Positions 14,801-26,778 of a stretch of 64,000 nucleotides of DNA are shown in pieces. Origin of the DNA: Intoshia linei. Lineage: Eukaryota > Animalia > Orthonectida. The notes beneath the pieces were generated by a model, which was given only the letters and a program-made list of their open reading frames with translations, was not told where the DNA came from and did not search any database. How positions within the stretch are numbered: the first letter of the stretch is position 1; every line of letters starts with the position of its first letter. The DNA is taken from positions 1 through 64,000 of the forward strand of contig LWCA01000012.1 in the NCBI GenBank assembly GCA_001642005.1, in the 5' to 3' direction. The translations under genes were made by a program, and so were the position numbers.

Positions 14801-17800
14801 TAATTTGAATTACAATTCTAATTAGATAAAAAATAATACAATCTCTATTAACAATCAAAATTCAACAACATTAATCCTTCACAAAGTTGGCCCAAAAGAT
14901 GAAAATATGTACAATTGTAAAGTGACAAATAAATTGGGAACAACGTCCATTCAATACAAAATAATCATTAAAGGTTTTAATATTTTAATATTATTATCAT
15001 TAATAATAAATTTATTCATTTTAATAAAACATTTTTATATACATATAGTTCCAGCCAGAATTATAAATATTATCGGTACCACAGTATTGGAAAATACACT
15101 CGCTAAACTTAAATGTGTTGCCACCGGATCGGCTCCATTGATATTAAAATGGTTAATGAAGGACGGATCTATAAATTTTGGCACCAATGAGGTAATTTCC
15201 ATTAGTTTTTTGTATATTATTTTTCATTTATGTGATACTCTTGACAGTTAGTGCATTCACTTACTGAAATAATTGGTTTACCTGTAATTGGCTATTTTAG
15301 TTATAAAAAAAGGTAATCTGCGATTTTGACCATGAAAATGTTAGTTTAATAATACTTAATTTTACGACATTATTAATCACTTTAAAATGTTTTTCACAGA
15401 TTGTATGTTTTTTTTAATTCTGGGATTGTTTAAATAATTTTTTAAATAAACGAGTTTTTGAACGTAGTACCAAGTTTATAATATTGTTCTCCATGTATAG
15501 TATAGTTATAGTTATACGGTTTATTTTTTTAAATTTGTTTCTAGCTTAATTTTTTTGGATTTATTAATTATTAATTATTAAAAATATACACTATAAAATA
15601 TATATAGATTAATACTGCTGGAAGCCTGATTAATACATTAAAATTTGATAATATTAAACTATCAGAATCTGGAAGTTATCAATGTTTTGTACATAATAAG
15701 CATGGTACTGACAAGGCAAATGTTACAATCAGTGTAGAATGTAATTATTATACATGTAAACGAATTAATTATATTAAAAGACCCACCAATTATTGCGAAA
15801 TCAAACTTAATAAAATACATTTGGAAAAACCACATATCATCATTTGATTGCAATTATAAATCAAACCCCGATTCTAAAGTAAACTGGTTGAAAAAAAACA
15901 AAATTATTAAAAATGAAGACATATTTTCAATAGTAAATAAGAAAAGAAAATCGTCAATACATGTAATTTTTTTTGATTACTTAAAACACTAACTATTTTC
16001 CAGTGTACACTGTAATCTGTACAGACGAGTTTCAAAATCATGTTTAGTATCCATAGCAGGGGTGCACAACCTTTCCACCAATTCAGCCACAATGCTACTT
16101 TTCTCATTGATACTACGACCGCACAAAATTTACTTCGACAATTAGAAAGTTTACTCTGGACCTAAATTTTAGATTTAATAAAATAGAAATAGAAATAGTA
16201 GAATTAATGCAGTGCTTCTCATGGGGGTGACCAGTCACCCCAAGGGGTAAATACGAAAATTTAGAAGATTGCAGGCTAATCTACAATTTTCAACATATTT
16301 CATTAAATCATTCAATTTAATATAATCTTATGAAAAAAAACTAAAATTTTACCAACTTTTAAGAAAGAAATCCCTTTTTACCAATATTTTTTTTAAAAAT
16401 CCATTTTTACCAAAGTTTTAGAATATAAAATACCTTATCTGATTCCAAAAGAAAAAACCAAATTTTACCAGCCCTTAAGAAAAAAAATCGCTTTTACCAA
16501 TATTTTTATGAAAAATCCCATTTTACCCAATTATTTGATCAATAATTCTTCTGACTAATTCCATAAGAAAAAACCTGATTTTTAAAAAATTTGAAAAATC
16601 TCCTTTTACTAATATTTTTTTGAAAAAACATTAATCCTTAATTTTTCGGTAAATAATTAATAATAATTGGACAACAGAAAAAAGTTCCATTAAAAACTAA
16701 TTTGTTGATACATTAGAGTGGAAGACATAAAAAAAATAAAAATAAATATGTAAATAATAATAATGATATAAAAAAAAGATATCAGTGACTGCCTTGATTT
16801 TGTGTGGCTTTTGCTAACTTTTGAGAAACTGGGGCAAAGTCAAGAATGTAACTTTTTAATTAAAATATTTTAAATAGAACTTGAATAAAATCTCATTTTA
16901 TTTTTTCAACTTGAAGTAAAATGATATATTGCATTATGATCAGATATGTCATGTATTGTATATATATACATGTATTGTCCATGGCCGCACATAAACGCTC
17001 TCACAGCAGCACGTTGTGCACCCTGATCTATAGAAACTATTCCAAATAATAATTATTTTTATATAATTTTGAGTGAATTAACTTAGATAAATGGAAGCAT
17101 AAGCGAAGAATATTTGCAACGTTTATCGGGAGACTATGAATGTTCAGTCAAAAATAGACATGGAAATAACACCCAAACGTATACATTATTAATTGCTGGT
17201 AAATTATCACACATAACATATTATCATAATGGTATTTAATTTCAGAAAAACCGGACATATTATCAAACATTACCATTCAAAAATTTCAATCTGGTGTCAT
17301 AGAATTGACAATTTCATCTACCAACATAACAGGTCATTTAAAACTACAGAAATACCTCGTAGAATATAGAAAATACAATGAAACTAATGAAGTCAATAAA
17401 TATTTTAATTTAACGTTTAAAAATCAAAAATGGAAGAAAATTGAATTTGCACCCAGTATTGTTTCATTTAATATTGCTAATACGTGATTTTAGATGAAAA
17501 AATTCGATTATACAATTTTGACGCAAAAACAGAATATGACATTAGAATGTATGCTATAAGTGCTGCTGGAATGGGAAATGCTGTCTGTTTTCGATTAATA
17601 ACAAATAATAATTATATACCGTCAATGCTGGGAAAGTGTAATATTTAAATTTAAATTATGCGACCTTTTACATTTTAGATCGAACTCGTACATACCATTC
17701 TTGGTTCAACGATTTAACAATAATAATCAGTGCTATAATTGGAGCAAGTTTTTTGATTGGTATATTGATGCTGATATATATTAAATGTTTCTATAAAAAC

Positions 17801-18451
17801 ATTTCAGAAAAACAAAAATCATTCAAAAATAAAAATTCAAAATTGCGACTCGAAGATAATTTCAATTGTAACAATGTAAATCAAAACGGGAAAAAGAATG
17901 AAATGCAAAATTTATTAATTTATAAAAATGGAAATATAAAGTGCAATACAAGGAAAAGTAACGGTAAATGTGAAACAATGACACATAAAAGTTTAGATAA
18001 AATAAATAACGAATTGAAAAATGGCGCAAATTCCGACAAATATCACACTGAAAACAAACTAAATAAAAATTTAAACAATAATGTAATTTTGCATTGTAAT
18101 AATGAATACTGCACTCTTGGCAGACAGAATAAAATCTATTCGAACCGTTCAAACCTACAAATTATTAATACGGATGGATTTAAAAAAAATAGAAATAAAG
18201 ATAATGAAGAAATTTACTCAGTCTCAAAAAAAATGGGACATCCAGTCACTAATCATTACAATTCAGCTCATCAGACTCCAATTAGATCATTTAAAAATAC
18301 TGAAAATAGTTATAGTAATATCACTGATTATGTAGAGAACCAGGATAATGGATACAGTGAAATTATTGAAGGGTATATGAGTGACAGTGAAACTAAGGCA
18401 TTCAAAATTAAAATTCCTTCTTTTTATCAAATCAAGAATCTCCCCACATGA
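8879..18451 (+). CDS. NCAM/Fasciclin-II-like Ig-superfamily adhesion receptor: signal peptide, 5 Ig, 1 FN3, TM, long tail (about 841 aa). Exons 8879-8945, 9058-9339, 12509-12625, 13043-13171, 13307-13373, 13772-13820, 14826-14973, 15049-15191, 15608-15740, 15781-15932, 17087-17198, 17246-17455, 17494-17637, 17679-18451
   Basis: Five Ig cores with paired Cys/Trp and GxYxC-type motifs (DKGLYVC, NIGTYQC, DENMYNC, ESGSYQC, LSGDYEC); FN3 motif TEYDIRMYAISAAGMG; TM LTIIISAIIGASFLIGILMLIYI; exon total 2526 nt stays in frame. Confidence 0.88.
10060..10573. mobile_element. hAT (Buster-like) MITE in Ig-gene intron 2
   Basis: Exact TSD GTGTACAG; TIR CAGCCATTCTCAAC / GTTGAGAATGTCTG. Confidence 0.88.
12059..12412. 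mobile_element. hAT (Buster-like) MITE in Ig-gene intron 2
   Basis: Exact TSD TACTAGAA; TIR CATGGGTTCTCAACC / GGTTAAGAACCCATG. Confidence 0.9.
14020..14760 (+). repeat. Internal fragment of the Helitron-like family
   Basis: Shares blocks such as CTTCACGGTCAAAAA, CATTTCCAATAAA...ATATGGGTGAAAATCT and AATTACC with 40960-41812, 54300-55070 and 28220-28500. Confidence 0.7.
16057..17025. mobile_element. hAT MITE with internal degenerate (AAAAATCCnATTTTACCAA)n subrepeats
   Basis: TSD ATCCATAG/ATCTATAG; TIR CAGGGGTGCACAAC / GTTGTGCACCCTG; near-identical internal copy at about 38575-39171. Confidence 0.88.
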
Positions 18452-18535
18452 CTCATTGTTGTAACTCTTTTTATCAGTACATAATTTTTTACAAATAAAG
18501 TTGTTTATATTTTATTATTATTTATTGAGTATTTT

Positions 18536-21500
18536 TTATTCCACTAACTGTTTATGATTTTTTTGTATATTTTCATCTTGTTGATATGAAATATTTTCAA
18601 TAATTTTCTGACTTGATTCTGACAAATTCTTAATGAATCTCAACATGTCATTATTGCTTGATACTTTTTGTTTAATAAGCTCATTTGTGTATTCAATCAT
18701 CATTTGAGTGTTTTCGTTTTCTTTTGATTGGTTATAAATATCAGATAGTTCTTTCATCGATTCGTTCATCTTTATGTACAATTCTTTGAAACATGTTGAG
18801 TATATGTGTATTGTTTCCTCGACACCTAATGAATTATTAATAATTAACCATTATAATATATGCCAAAAGACATTCAATGTGTTTTTTGTAAATTTGTTCG
18901 CTTACCTTGTTCAATTAATTCATGAAAGAATGTAGGATCACATCTCTCTAAACTTGGTGTCTTGTTTGTGTGAATGCTTTCGTCTAAAATATTTTGCAAT
19001 GCTGGATATTAAAATACACCAAGTATATAACGCCACAGGCGTGGTAGGGTGTCAACTTTTTGAAAATTTAAAAATTCAAAAATTCAACGGACAGATAAAT
19101 GGTTATAAAAAAATACAGTACCATGTATATTATACAATATATAATATATAACATTGAATATATATATAATCATTTGAAAATTATTATTACCATGATTTTC
19201 AATGAAATCAATAAATTCTAATGCAGCAGCACTTGTGCATCCATTATTTTCAATTTGATAAGCTCGTATTGGGTCGCACCTTTTTATTGCTAAAAAATAA
19301 TCATAATGCATCAACATAATCACTTATATACACGAGATTGTTCTTATGTGCCTGATCGTAAATTAGATAATAATTCATAGTATTTTATTATTATTTATTA
19401 TAATATTACCAGGTTAACTGTTAGGTACTACGTACAAACAGCACCTAGCTCTGCCGAGAGCACATTTTTATTGGCTTGTATTTATAGCGTCCATATTTTA
19501 ATCCGTAAAATGTCAGTATTTTAAATAGTTTGTTTAGTAAAAATATTAAATTGTCAATATTTTAGGTTTTTTCAGGTTAGTATTTTTTTTACTGACAATT
19601 TAATTTTTTTACTAACAAAATATTATTTTATAAAATGTGTTTATTTTAATATACTTACTTATAAAAATAATAATTTTTTATAATATACTGACAAATATGT
19701 AATTGAATACGCGTATACAAGTACATTTTATTGCTGACATTTTAATATTTATACTGACAATTCTTGTTAAAAATACTGAAAGTTTCAGTAGTTAAATACT
19801 GAAAAATAAAATAATTCAAAGAATTGTATTACTTTTAGTAATTCATTGTTTTAATTTAAATTTTAAACAAAATGTTTTGAAAATGAAAATTAAAAAATTC
19901 CGAAGGAATGAATTATATAGATTTTCACCCATATTTCTTTATTGGAAATGTGTAGAGGTTCACTGCACATTTTTTTAAATTTGTAGGATCCATATTTACA
20001 TTTTAAATTTTTATTTTAATCGAAATATTTAAAAAATATTGGTTGATAATATATTAAAAATTATTTTTCACCAGGAATGCGTAGATTTCTAGGGTGGAAA
20101 TTTTATATTTATATCAACTGGAATAAGCTCTATCAGAATAATATTTTTTTTAATTTTCGGACCTTTAATTATTTCACATTTTTTGTTTTATTAAAATATT
20201 TCGGAAAAAAAAATATGAATACTAAAATGCTTTTTTGACCGTGAAGTCGTAACTTATTCAGATTGAAATTTTTTATGTGTGTTAACATGATACAAATCTA
20301 CCACCTGTAAATTTTTAATTCTAGGGCTGTTTTCATTAAAAAAAAAGGGTAATTTGTGGTTTTGGCTGGGATAAGATAAGTTCATTATCTAATTTAATAT
20401 ACAGTATAACCTCCGTTATTCGTTATCAAATATGATGCTCAAAACAAGATCACTCAAAACATAACTATAATATCTTATCATAAAATACCAGTAAATAAAG
20501 TAATATTTTAGTTTTTGTAGAACATTGTTGCATGTACATTACAATGTATATTATTTATTGCAGTGGTTCTCAACCCGTGTTCCGCGAAATTTAATTGGGG
20601 TTTCGTGAAATATAAATGCGATATTTTTCAATTTAAAGTTTTTCTAAATTACTGTTGTATGCAATGAAACAACATCATTTCCAAATTTAAATCAAATAAG
20701 TTTTAATAAAAGTATTATACGTTGTGAGTATGGGAACCTGAAAAATGATGTTAAAAATTCTAATGCAATTTTCAACATCCTACTTGTGTGATATAATTAT
20801 TAATTATTATTAATAATGAATATTATACGCATTCACATTTATATAAGCTACAGTTTATAAAATAAAATATTACTGAAAATAAAATATTGCAAATATACTT
20901 CCATAAATTGTTTAAAAGATCTAATATCTTGATTCATGATATTTTCGACTTTATCACTTATTTTTTCAAAGTATTCCTCAATATCTAAAATTTATATTTA
21001 TTTTTTCCTCAGATTATACTACCTTCAGGGTTAAATTCTGCGTTTTTTGAAAAGTATCGTTTATTAAATTTTTGAACTTTTTCAAACTTTTTGGAGCTAT
21101 CTTGAAGCATATTTTGAATTTTTAGTGCGCGGTTGGCTATTTTTTTTGACTTGACGGCTATAAATAGATGAAGTATAATACAAAGTATTTCTAGATAACA
21201 TTGCACTGATAATCGCTATTCTAGCCTTTAAACTTACGACAGTGCAATATATTTATATACCTTTAAGAATTTTATTTTGATGATTTCGATTTTTTTTACA
21301 AATTGTAGTATCAGCATAATCCAATTTTATTGTTCCATTTTCATAATTATTTGTCAAAAATGTTAACATTGAAAATAGTTTACTGCCTTCAGATTTTCTG
21401 GCTAATGGAATATGTTTGTAATTTTCGGGTTTTTTTTTTTTATTTAGTTTTGTTTTCCAATTATTGTCGTTTTTTTTATTATCGTGATAAGCGTTTTTGC

Positions 21501-21773
21501 CATTGTCTGAATTATTTTTAATTTTTTTATTCCATTTATCTATTATTTTAATGTTTTTCCTAGTATCCAGGTTCAACTTTACATGAGTGTGAAAGTTTTG
21601 TATATCATTATTTTCCATTTGATTGTCGATATATAATTCATCTAGACCTCGGGAATTAAAATTTCCACCCTAATAATAGAAAAGTAAATGTAATTTTATC
21701 AATTTTCAATTACCACTATATTAGACTTAATCAGACATACGGCTGATACATATATGAATAAAATATTTTTCAT
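18536..21773 (-). CDS. Predicted secreted orphan protein (exons 21714-21773, about 21261-21669, 21023-21158, 20899-20984, possible microexon near 19333-19351, about 19191-19289, 18906-18983, 18536-18825)
   Basis: Signal-peptide-like MKNILFIYVSAVCLIKSNIVG; GT-AG phase-matched exons except one unresolved junction; no recognisable domain. Confidence 0.7.
19409..20385 (-). mobile_element. Helitron-like non-autonomous element, reverse copy in an intron
   Basis: Reverse complement ends in hairpin TGTTTGTACGTAGTAC...AACCTGG|T (CTRR); body shared with 40960-41812. Confidence 0.7.
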
Positions 21774-22435
21774 TTGTATAACAATATTAATATGTTATAT
21801 AATAAATGAATAGTTTATAATATAGTAACTTAAAAGTGTTACGTATACCACTAATCTTTTTTAAACATATTAATCCACTTTTTAACAAATTTTATATTAA
21901 TATTTAGTTCATGCTATTATGTAACAGTGATTCAACTAAAGTTGAACTATTTCATTCAGTGTTCTATATCAAAAATTTGATTTCCATTTATTTTAATTTA
22001 AACTTTAAGGTTTTAGATAATTTTATTTTAGGTCACGCTGATATAATTTCATTGAGAAATTTTAACTTTTATTTTAAGGATCACCCATAAAAATACTACA
22101 TCAACCATTTCACCTAAATAATTGCTTGTATTTCACAAAGTTTGTACATTGTACAAAAATAACTTTTTTCTTCTACTTTTAGATATTTCAGAAAGTATAT
22201 TTATGATCAATGATCATAAACAAATCTTTTTTTTAAATCGCATTTCAGTTGCCCATTTAGTGCAAATAGATTTAAAGGCAATGGTCCCCAAAAAAAATAT
22301 AGATTTACATTAATTATAGTATGTGATGATCAGATACATATTCAATAAGTAAATAAATGAAGTAATACCAAATATTTTGGAAGCACTTAAACCACACTTT
22401 ATTAAGAAGAACTTAAATAAATAATAAAAGGTATA

Positions 22436-23959
22436 ATGTCAAAAATTGCAGCAGCTATTATAATGATATTCGGACTGGTGATTAACATTAAATGATAATA
22501 TTAATAATTTCAGCAAATCATAACTGAATTTAAATAAGGTTTTCACTTTTTTTACCCCAACTGTTATAACTTAATATTTAATCACCAAAATACATGTATT
22601 AGTATGTATCATTAATTCTAATGTTCTTAATTAAGAAATATATTTTTCATAAATACCAATATTGGTCAGCGGAATTGACTTGGGAATTGCTGATTTAACA
22701 TATACACGAAATAAGATAATAATGAAATTTTTAGATATTCGTGGCAATATCATTTTCGTATATTATCTTAGTTTTGATCAATTATAACAATCCTTCATTC
22801 CAGAATAAAAATTTTGATAAAATTGGTGGTCATTCAGATATATACGCGCAAAATGAAGCCTTGATACTTTTAGTTCCAACAATAATTGTGTTAATATTAT
22901 ATATTATAGCCTGCGTGTGCTGTTGTTTCCGAAATATATGTTTTATTATCATAGTAAGATTTTAAATTATCGAGTCGGTTTTAAATTAATAAATTTACAA
23001 AAATATTTTTAGGTAACCCTGCTAAATGTAATAACACTAGCAATGTTTTTACTATTGCTGATACTAGCAATAAAAAATCCAGTAAGCATTATTTTAAAAT
23101 ATATATTACATCATATTTAGTCATTATTTGTCAGCATTGTCAATAAAACTCACCCGTTAACAGCCAAAGTCAAATTAAATGTAATTTTACACAATAAGTT
23201 AAATATACATAACAAAATTTTATAGTTAGGATGCAAAATGGACAGTGAATGTTATAAAAAGATTGTATATATTATGACGTCAAATTCAAAATTTATCGCA
23301 TTTTTCGTTGTGAATTGTGTTAGTCAGGTATAAAATTTAGTCATGTAGTAAAGTACTTTTTGGTAATTTACAATGGCTCCAAATTTATAAATCTGATTTT
23401 TTATTCGATGCAACACAAAGTAGTTTAATTGCAGATTAACGGTAAAAAATACGAAACAAATTTTTATCGATTAATTTCAGTAAGCACCAAAACAAATAAA
23501 ATTTTTACTATTCTAATTTGTTTCAGTGACATTTTTTAATTTCTTCGTAGTGTAGTCAATGAGAACAGGTTGAGAAACGCTCCTTTAATTAAAAATTCCT
23601 TTCACGATAAGTCTTTTTTTTAATTTTAAGACCATATTGTATGTGCAGTATTCTCTCACATGATTATTACTGTAATATACAAATACTAAAAATTTTTTTT
23701 TATAAGTTAAACTATATTAGTTATAGTATAACTCGCCATTAATTTAAAATATATAACTAAGTTTTAGAACCATTTTTTAAAATTAGTTACGTTTTAACTT
23801 TCTCTAAATCACAAGAATGTCGAGTATTAAAGAATACTGTAATTTTAAACTGTCAGTTAAACACAATATACGTTACAAATAATTTAGATCTTAACATCAA
23901 TTGGAACAATATTCGTAACTATACTAGCATCATACGATAAACCTGCAGGATATGATTAA
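22436..23959 (+). CDS. Divergent tetraspanin-like 4-TM protein (187 aa). Exons 22436-22477, 22735-22953, 23013-23081, 23121-23180, 23226-23327, 23888-23959
   Basis: Four hydrophobic helices; Cys cluster ACVCCCF before the short TM2-TM3 loop; polar N/Q residues in TM3 and TM4; all five introns phase 0 GT-AG. Confidence 0.72.
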
Positions 23960-24019
23960 TACATTAAATAGATACAATAATTGCACAATTTATTTATACA
24001 ATACAAAATAATTAATACA

Positions 24020-26292
24020 TTATGCCATTTTACGCGTCCTAAAATATAAAATATATAATATTGATAAAAAATTACTCCATTTTGTTTAACTGAACTTGAA
24101 ACAATTTTATTTTTCTAAATTTCAATTAAAAAAATGAATATTGCATTTTTACTTTTTCATTTTAGAAATTTCATCCAATTCCGCTTCGACGTCAGAAGAT
24201 GCCTAAATTACAATGATAAATAAAATTATATAATTGTGAATGTATTGTAAAATAATTACAACTAGTTCATATCGTAGGATTGTATCCATTGGGACCACAA
24301 AAATATTTTACGGTAGCCTGACGAAGTTACTTTATTTTTATTATTTTATAAGTCCATGATACCACCTACTTGCAATAGTAATCTTAGATTTTAATATATT
24401 GATTAAATCATCAGAACTCTATGGTGTATTTTCATAAAAAATTTTAATGTGGATAAAGAAATTATTTTATTAAACCCATTTAGTTCAGTCTTACTAATAG
24501 TAAATATTATAACAGTATCTACAAAATATTAAGTATATTATAATTGATGTTATAAATTTAAAATGACATCGGTATGATCTTCCGTCTCCATGTTTTCAGT
24601 GTCTATATCCAATTCAGACAAAGTATCTAACTCTTGACCCATATCGGCATCGCTTGTATCCTAAAAAGAATTATTATTCTATTACGATTAATGATGGCTA
24701 CTCCTTCCATTATACATTATGAAATAGTTATTGTTAAACTTGTTTTCAGTAAATAATATGGATCTTAAGAAAATTCGCTCAAACTTATTCAACCAGGTAT
24801 TTCATTAAGGATTAGACAAATTTCAATTTTATAATTCAAAATTAAAATTTTTGTTATTGAACGAAATTAATTGTTACCCGTAATTTTGATTATAAGATAT
24901 CTCAAATGTTTATAGAAAGTAAGATGATCCATTACAGTGGATCACTAAAACTCATTTAAGAAAATTTAATATTTTAATTGTTTGTAATGTACTAAAGCCT
25001 TCACTATTCGACAAAATAGGGAATTCGAAATTTTTGGCTAATATTAATCAAGTTTCTATAAAGTTCATCCTATAATTTAGAATTGGTTATTTTTTTCAAA
25101 AATTTTATTCCATTAAAAGGGGACCAGACGAACGCATGATATCTTTTTTATTGATTTAGTTATAAGATTGTTGGAAAATATTGAAATTTGGCGATTTACA
25201 ATTAAAGCAAAAAGAAAGTTTTTTGAGTCAATGAAAGAATGATCGAATAATGGAGGCTTCTTGCCATTTTCAAACTATCTAAAATCGTTAAATGTGAGAT
25301 GAATTACTAAAATACTCTTAACATACCCAATAAACTATTCACTTTCGCACTAAATTTCTAACAACGAAATAAAAATTGAATCAGTTGGATTTGAAATCGA
25401 TATAGCAATATATAAATGTCTGCAAATAAATCACTAAATGTTAATGCAACGTATCAATGGGTTAAATCTTTTACAGAAACAATCAAACTAAAACCACAAA
25501 ATTTTAAAATACCTGACAAATTTTTGGTATTTTCCCTGGAGCATCGCTCTAAAATATAGTCAAAAAATTATTTTGTGGTTTTATTATTTGATAAATTAAA
25601 AATAGAAAACTAAACCCATACAATATCAATTTCATAAATATTTATAAGCAATAAAATACCATTGCATTTCCGTTCATTTCTCTAGCTCGTTTCCTCGTCA
25701 TGATAACATTTGGAGGTTCCTCGTTTACAACAGGTAGATCTAATAATTTATTAATTAAATGGATAATTCTTAGTAAAACATTTAAATTACCAGTCATTTC
25801 TTGGCCAGCAATATGAACAGGTCCAGACCCACTAATGAGTGAAAATGTAACACTTTTATCACTTGGAAATGTCAATTCAACGCTAGCCTAAATTATAATA
25901 TCAAAACAATCAAAAAAAATCTACATAATCATTTAACCCTAAAGTTAAAGAACAAATGTTGATTTGGACAGGTTCATTTTCCATGGTTGTTGTTTCAACT
26001 TGAATAATATTTCTTTCACCCTTTGCGGCATTTACACCCAAACAAAACTACAAAAATAAAATTATATATTACAATCAAAATGTATACTGTTTTTGTGTGC
26101 AAAGAATGAATTAAAAAATCTGTATCACCATCTTCGTCAGCTTTATTCCAAATGTGACTGGGACGTGACTTTTCCAAAACACAAGCTAAATAAATTCATT
26201 TTTATTCATAAAAAAAAATAAATTAAATTACCCCATAGCCTACTACTTTGAATAATATTGTCAATTCCAATGTTTCCGTGTATTTCTTCCAT
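24020..26292 (-). CDS. Nucleoplasmin/nucleophosmin-family histone chaperone, about 10 exons
   Basis: Core ...RLWACVL...FCLGVNAAKGERNIIQVET...ICSLTLG...VTFSLISGSGPVHIAGQ, then an NLS-like RKR and acidic tracts. Confidence 0.88.
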
Positions 26293-26778
26293 AACTGAAC
26301 TGATAAATAAATACAAAAATTATTTTCAAGGCAAAAATTAAAAGTGAACGAAAATGTAATCACAAAAAACTACTAAATTGACTATTTTTATAAATTTGGC
26401 TATTGATTGGTTTGCAATAAGTTGTCAAGGCATAAGTAAAAATTAATCAATTGAAATTTGCGCAAAAAAGCAACATTTTATGTAAAAGTACATAAAGGTC
26501 AACTGTCTGCATAGTTATTCTTTACGCGTTATTTAAATACAAGCCAAAATTGTAAAAATATTCACAATTGAACAAACAACAAAAATAAATACTAGGGAAA
26601 CTTGAAATGCATTTGAAAATCGTCGAATGTATGAACAATTTTTAGTCTGCTACATTTTATCGTGTTAATTTTAATTTATACTTTCATTGTTTGACAATTT
26701 AACAAATTATTTAATGGCAATTTTTGCATAATCCAATACTGTACCATTAAAAAAATTGTGAGTTAAATTTATTAAAAA

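Noticed and set aside
16340-16620. CRISPR-like repeat-spacer array (also 38290-38830, 63060-63420)
   Set aside because: Units are degenerate, irregular and lie within TE-like sequence in a eukaryotic genome; no cas genes
22050-22420. ORF 22122-22313 as part of the 4-TM gene
   Set aside because: Interrupted by stops; a better ATG exon at 22436 completes TM1
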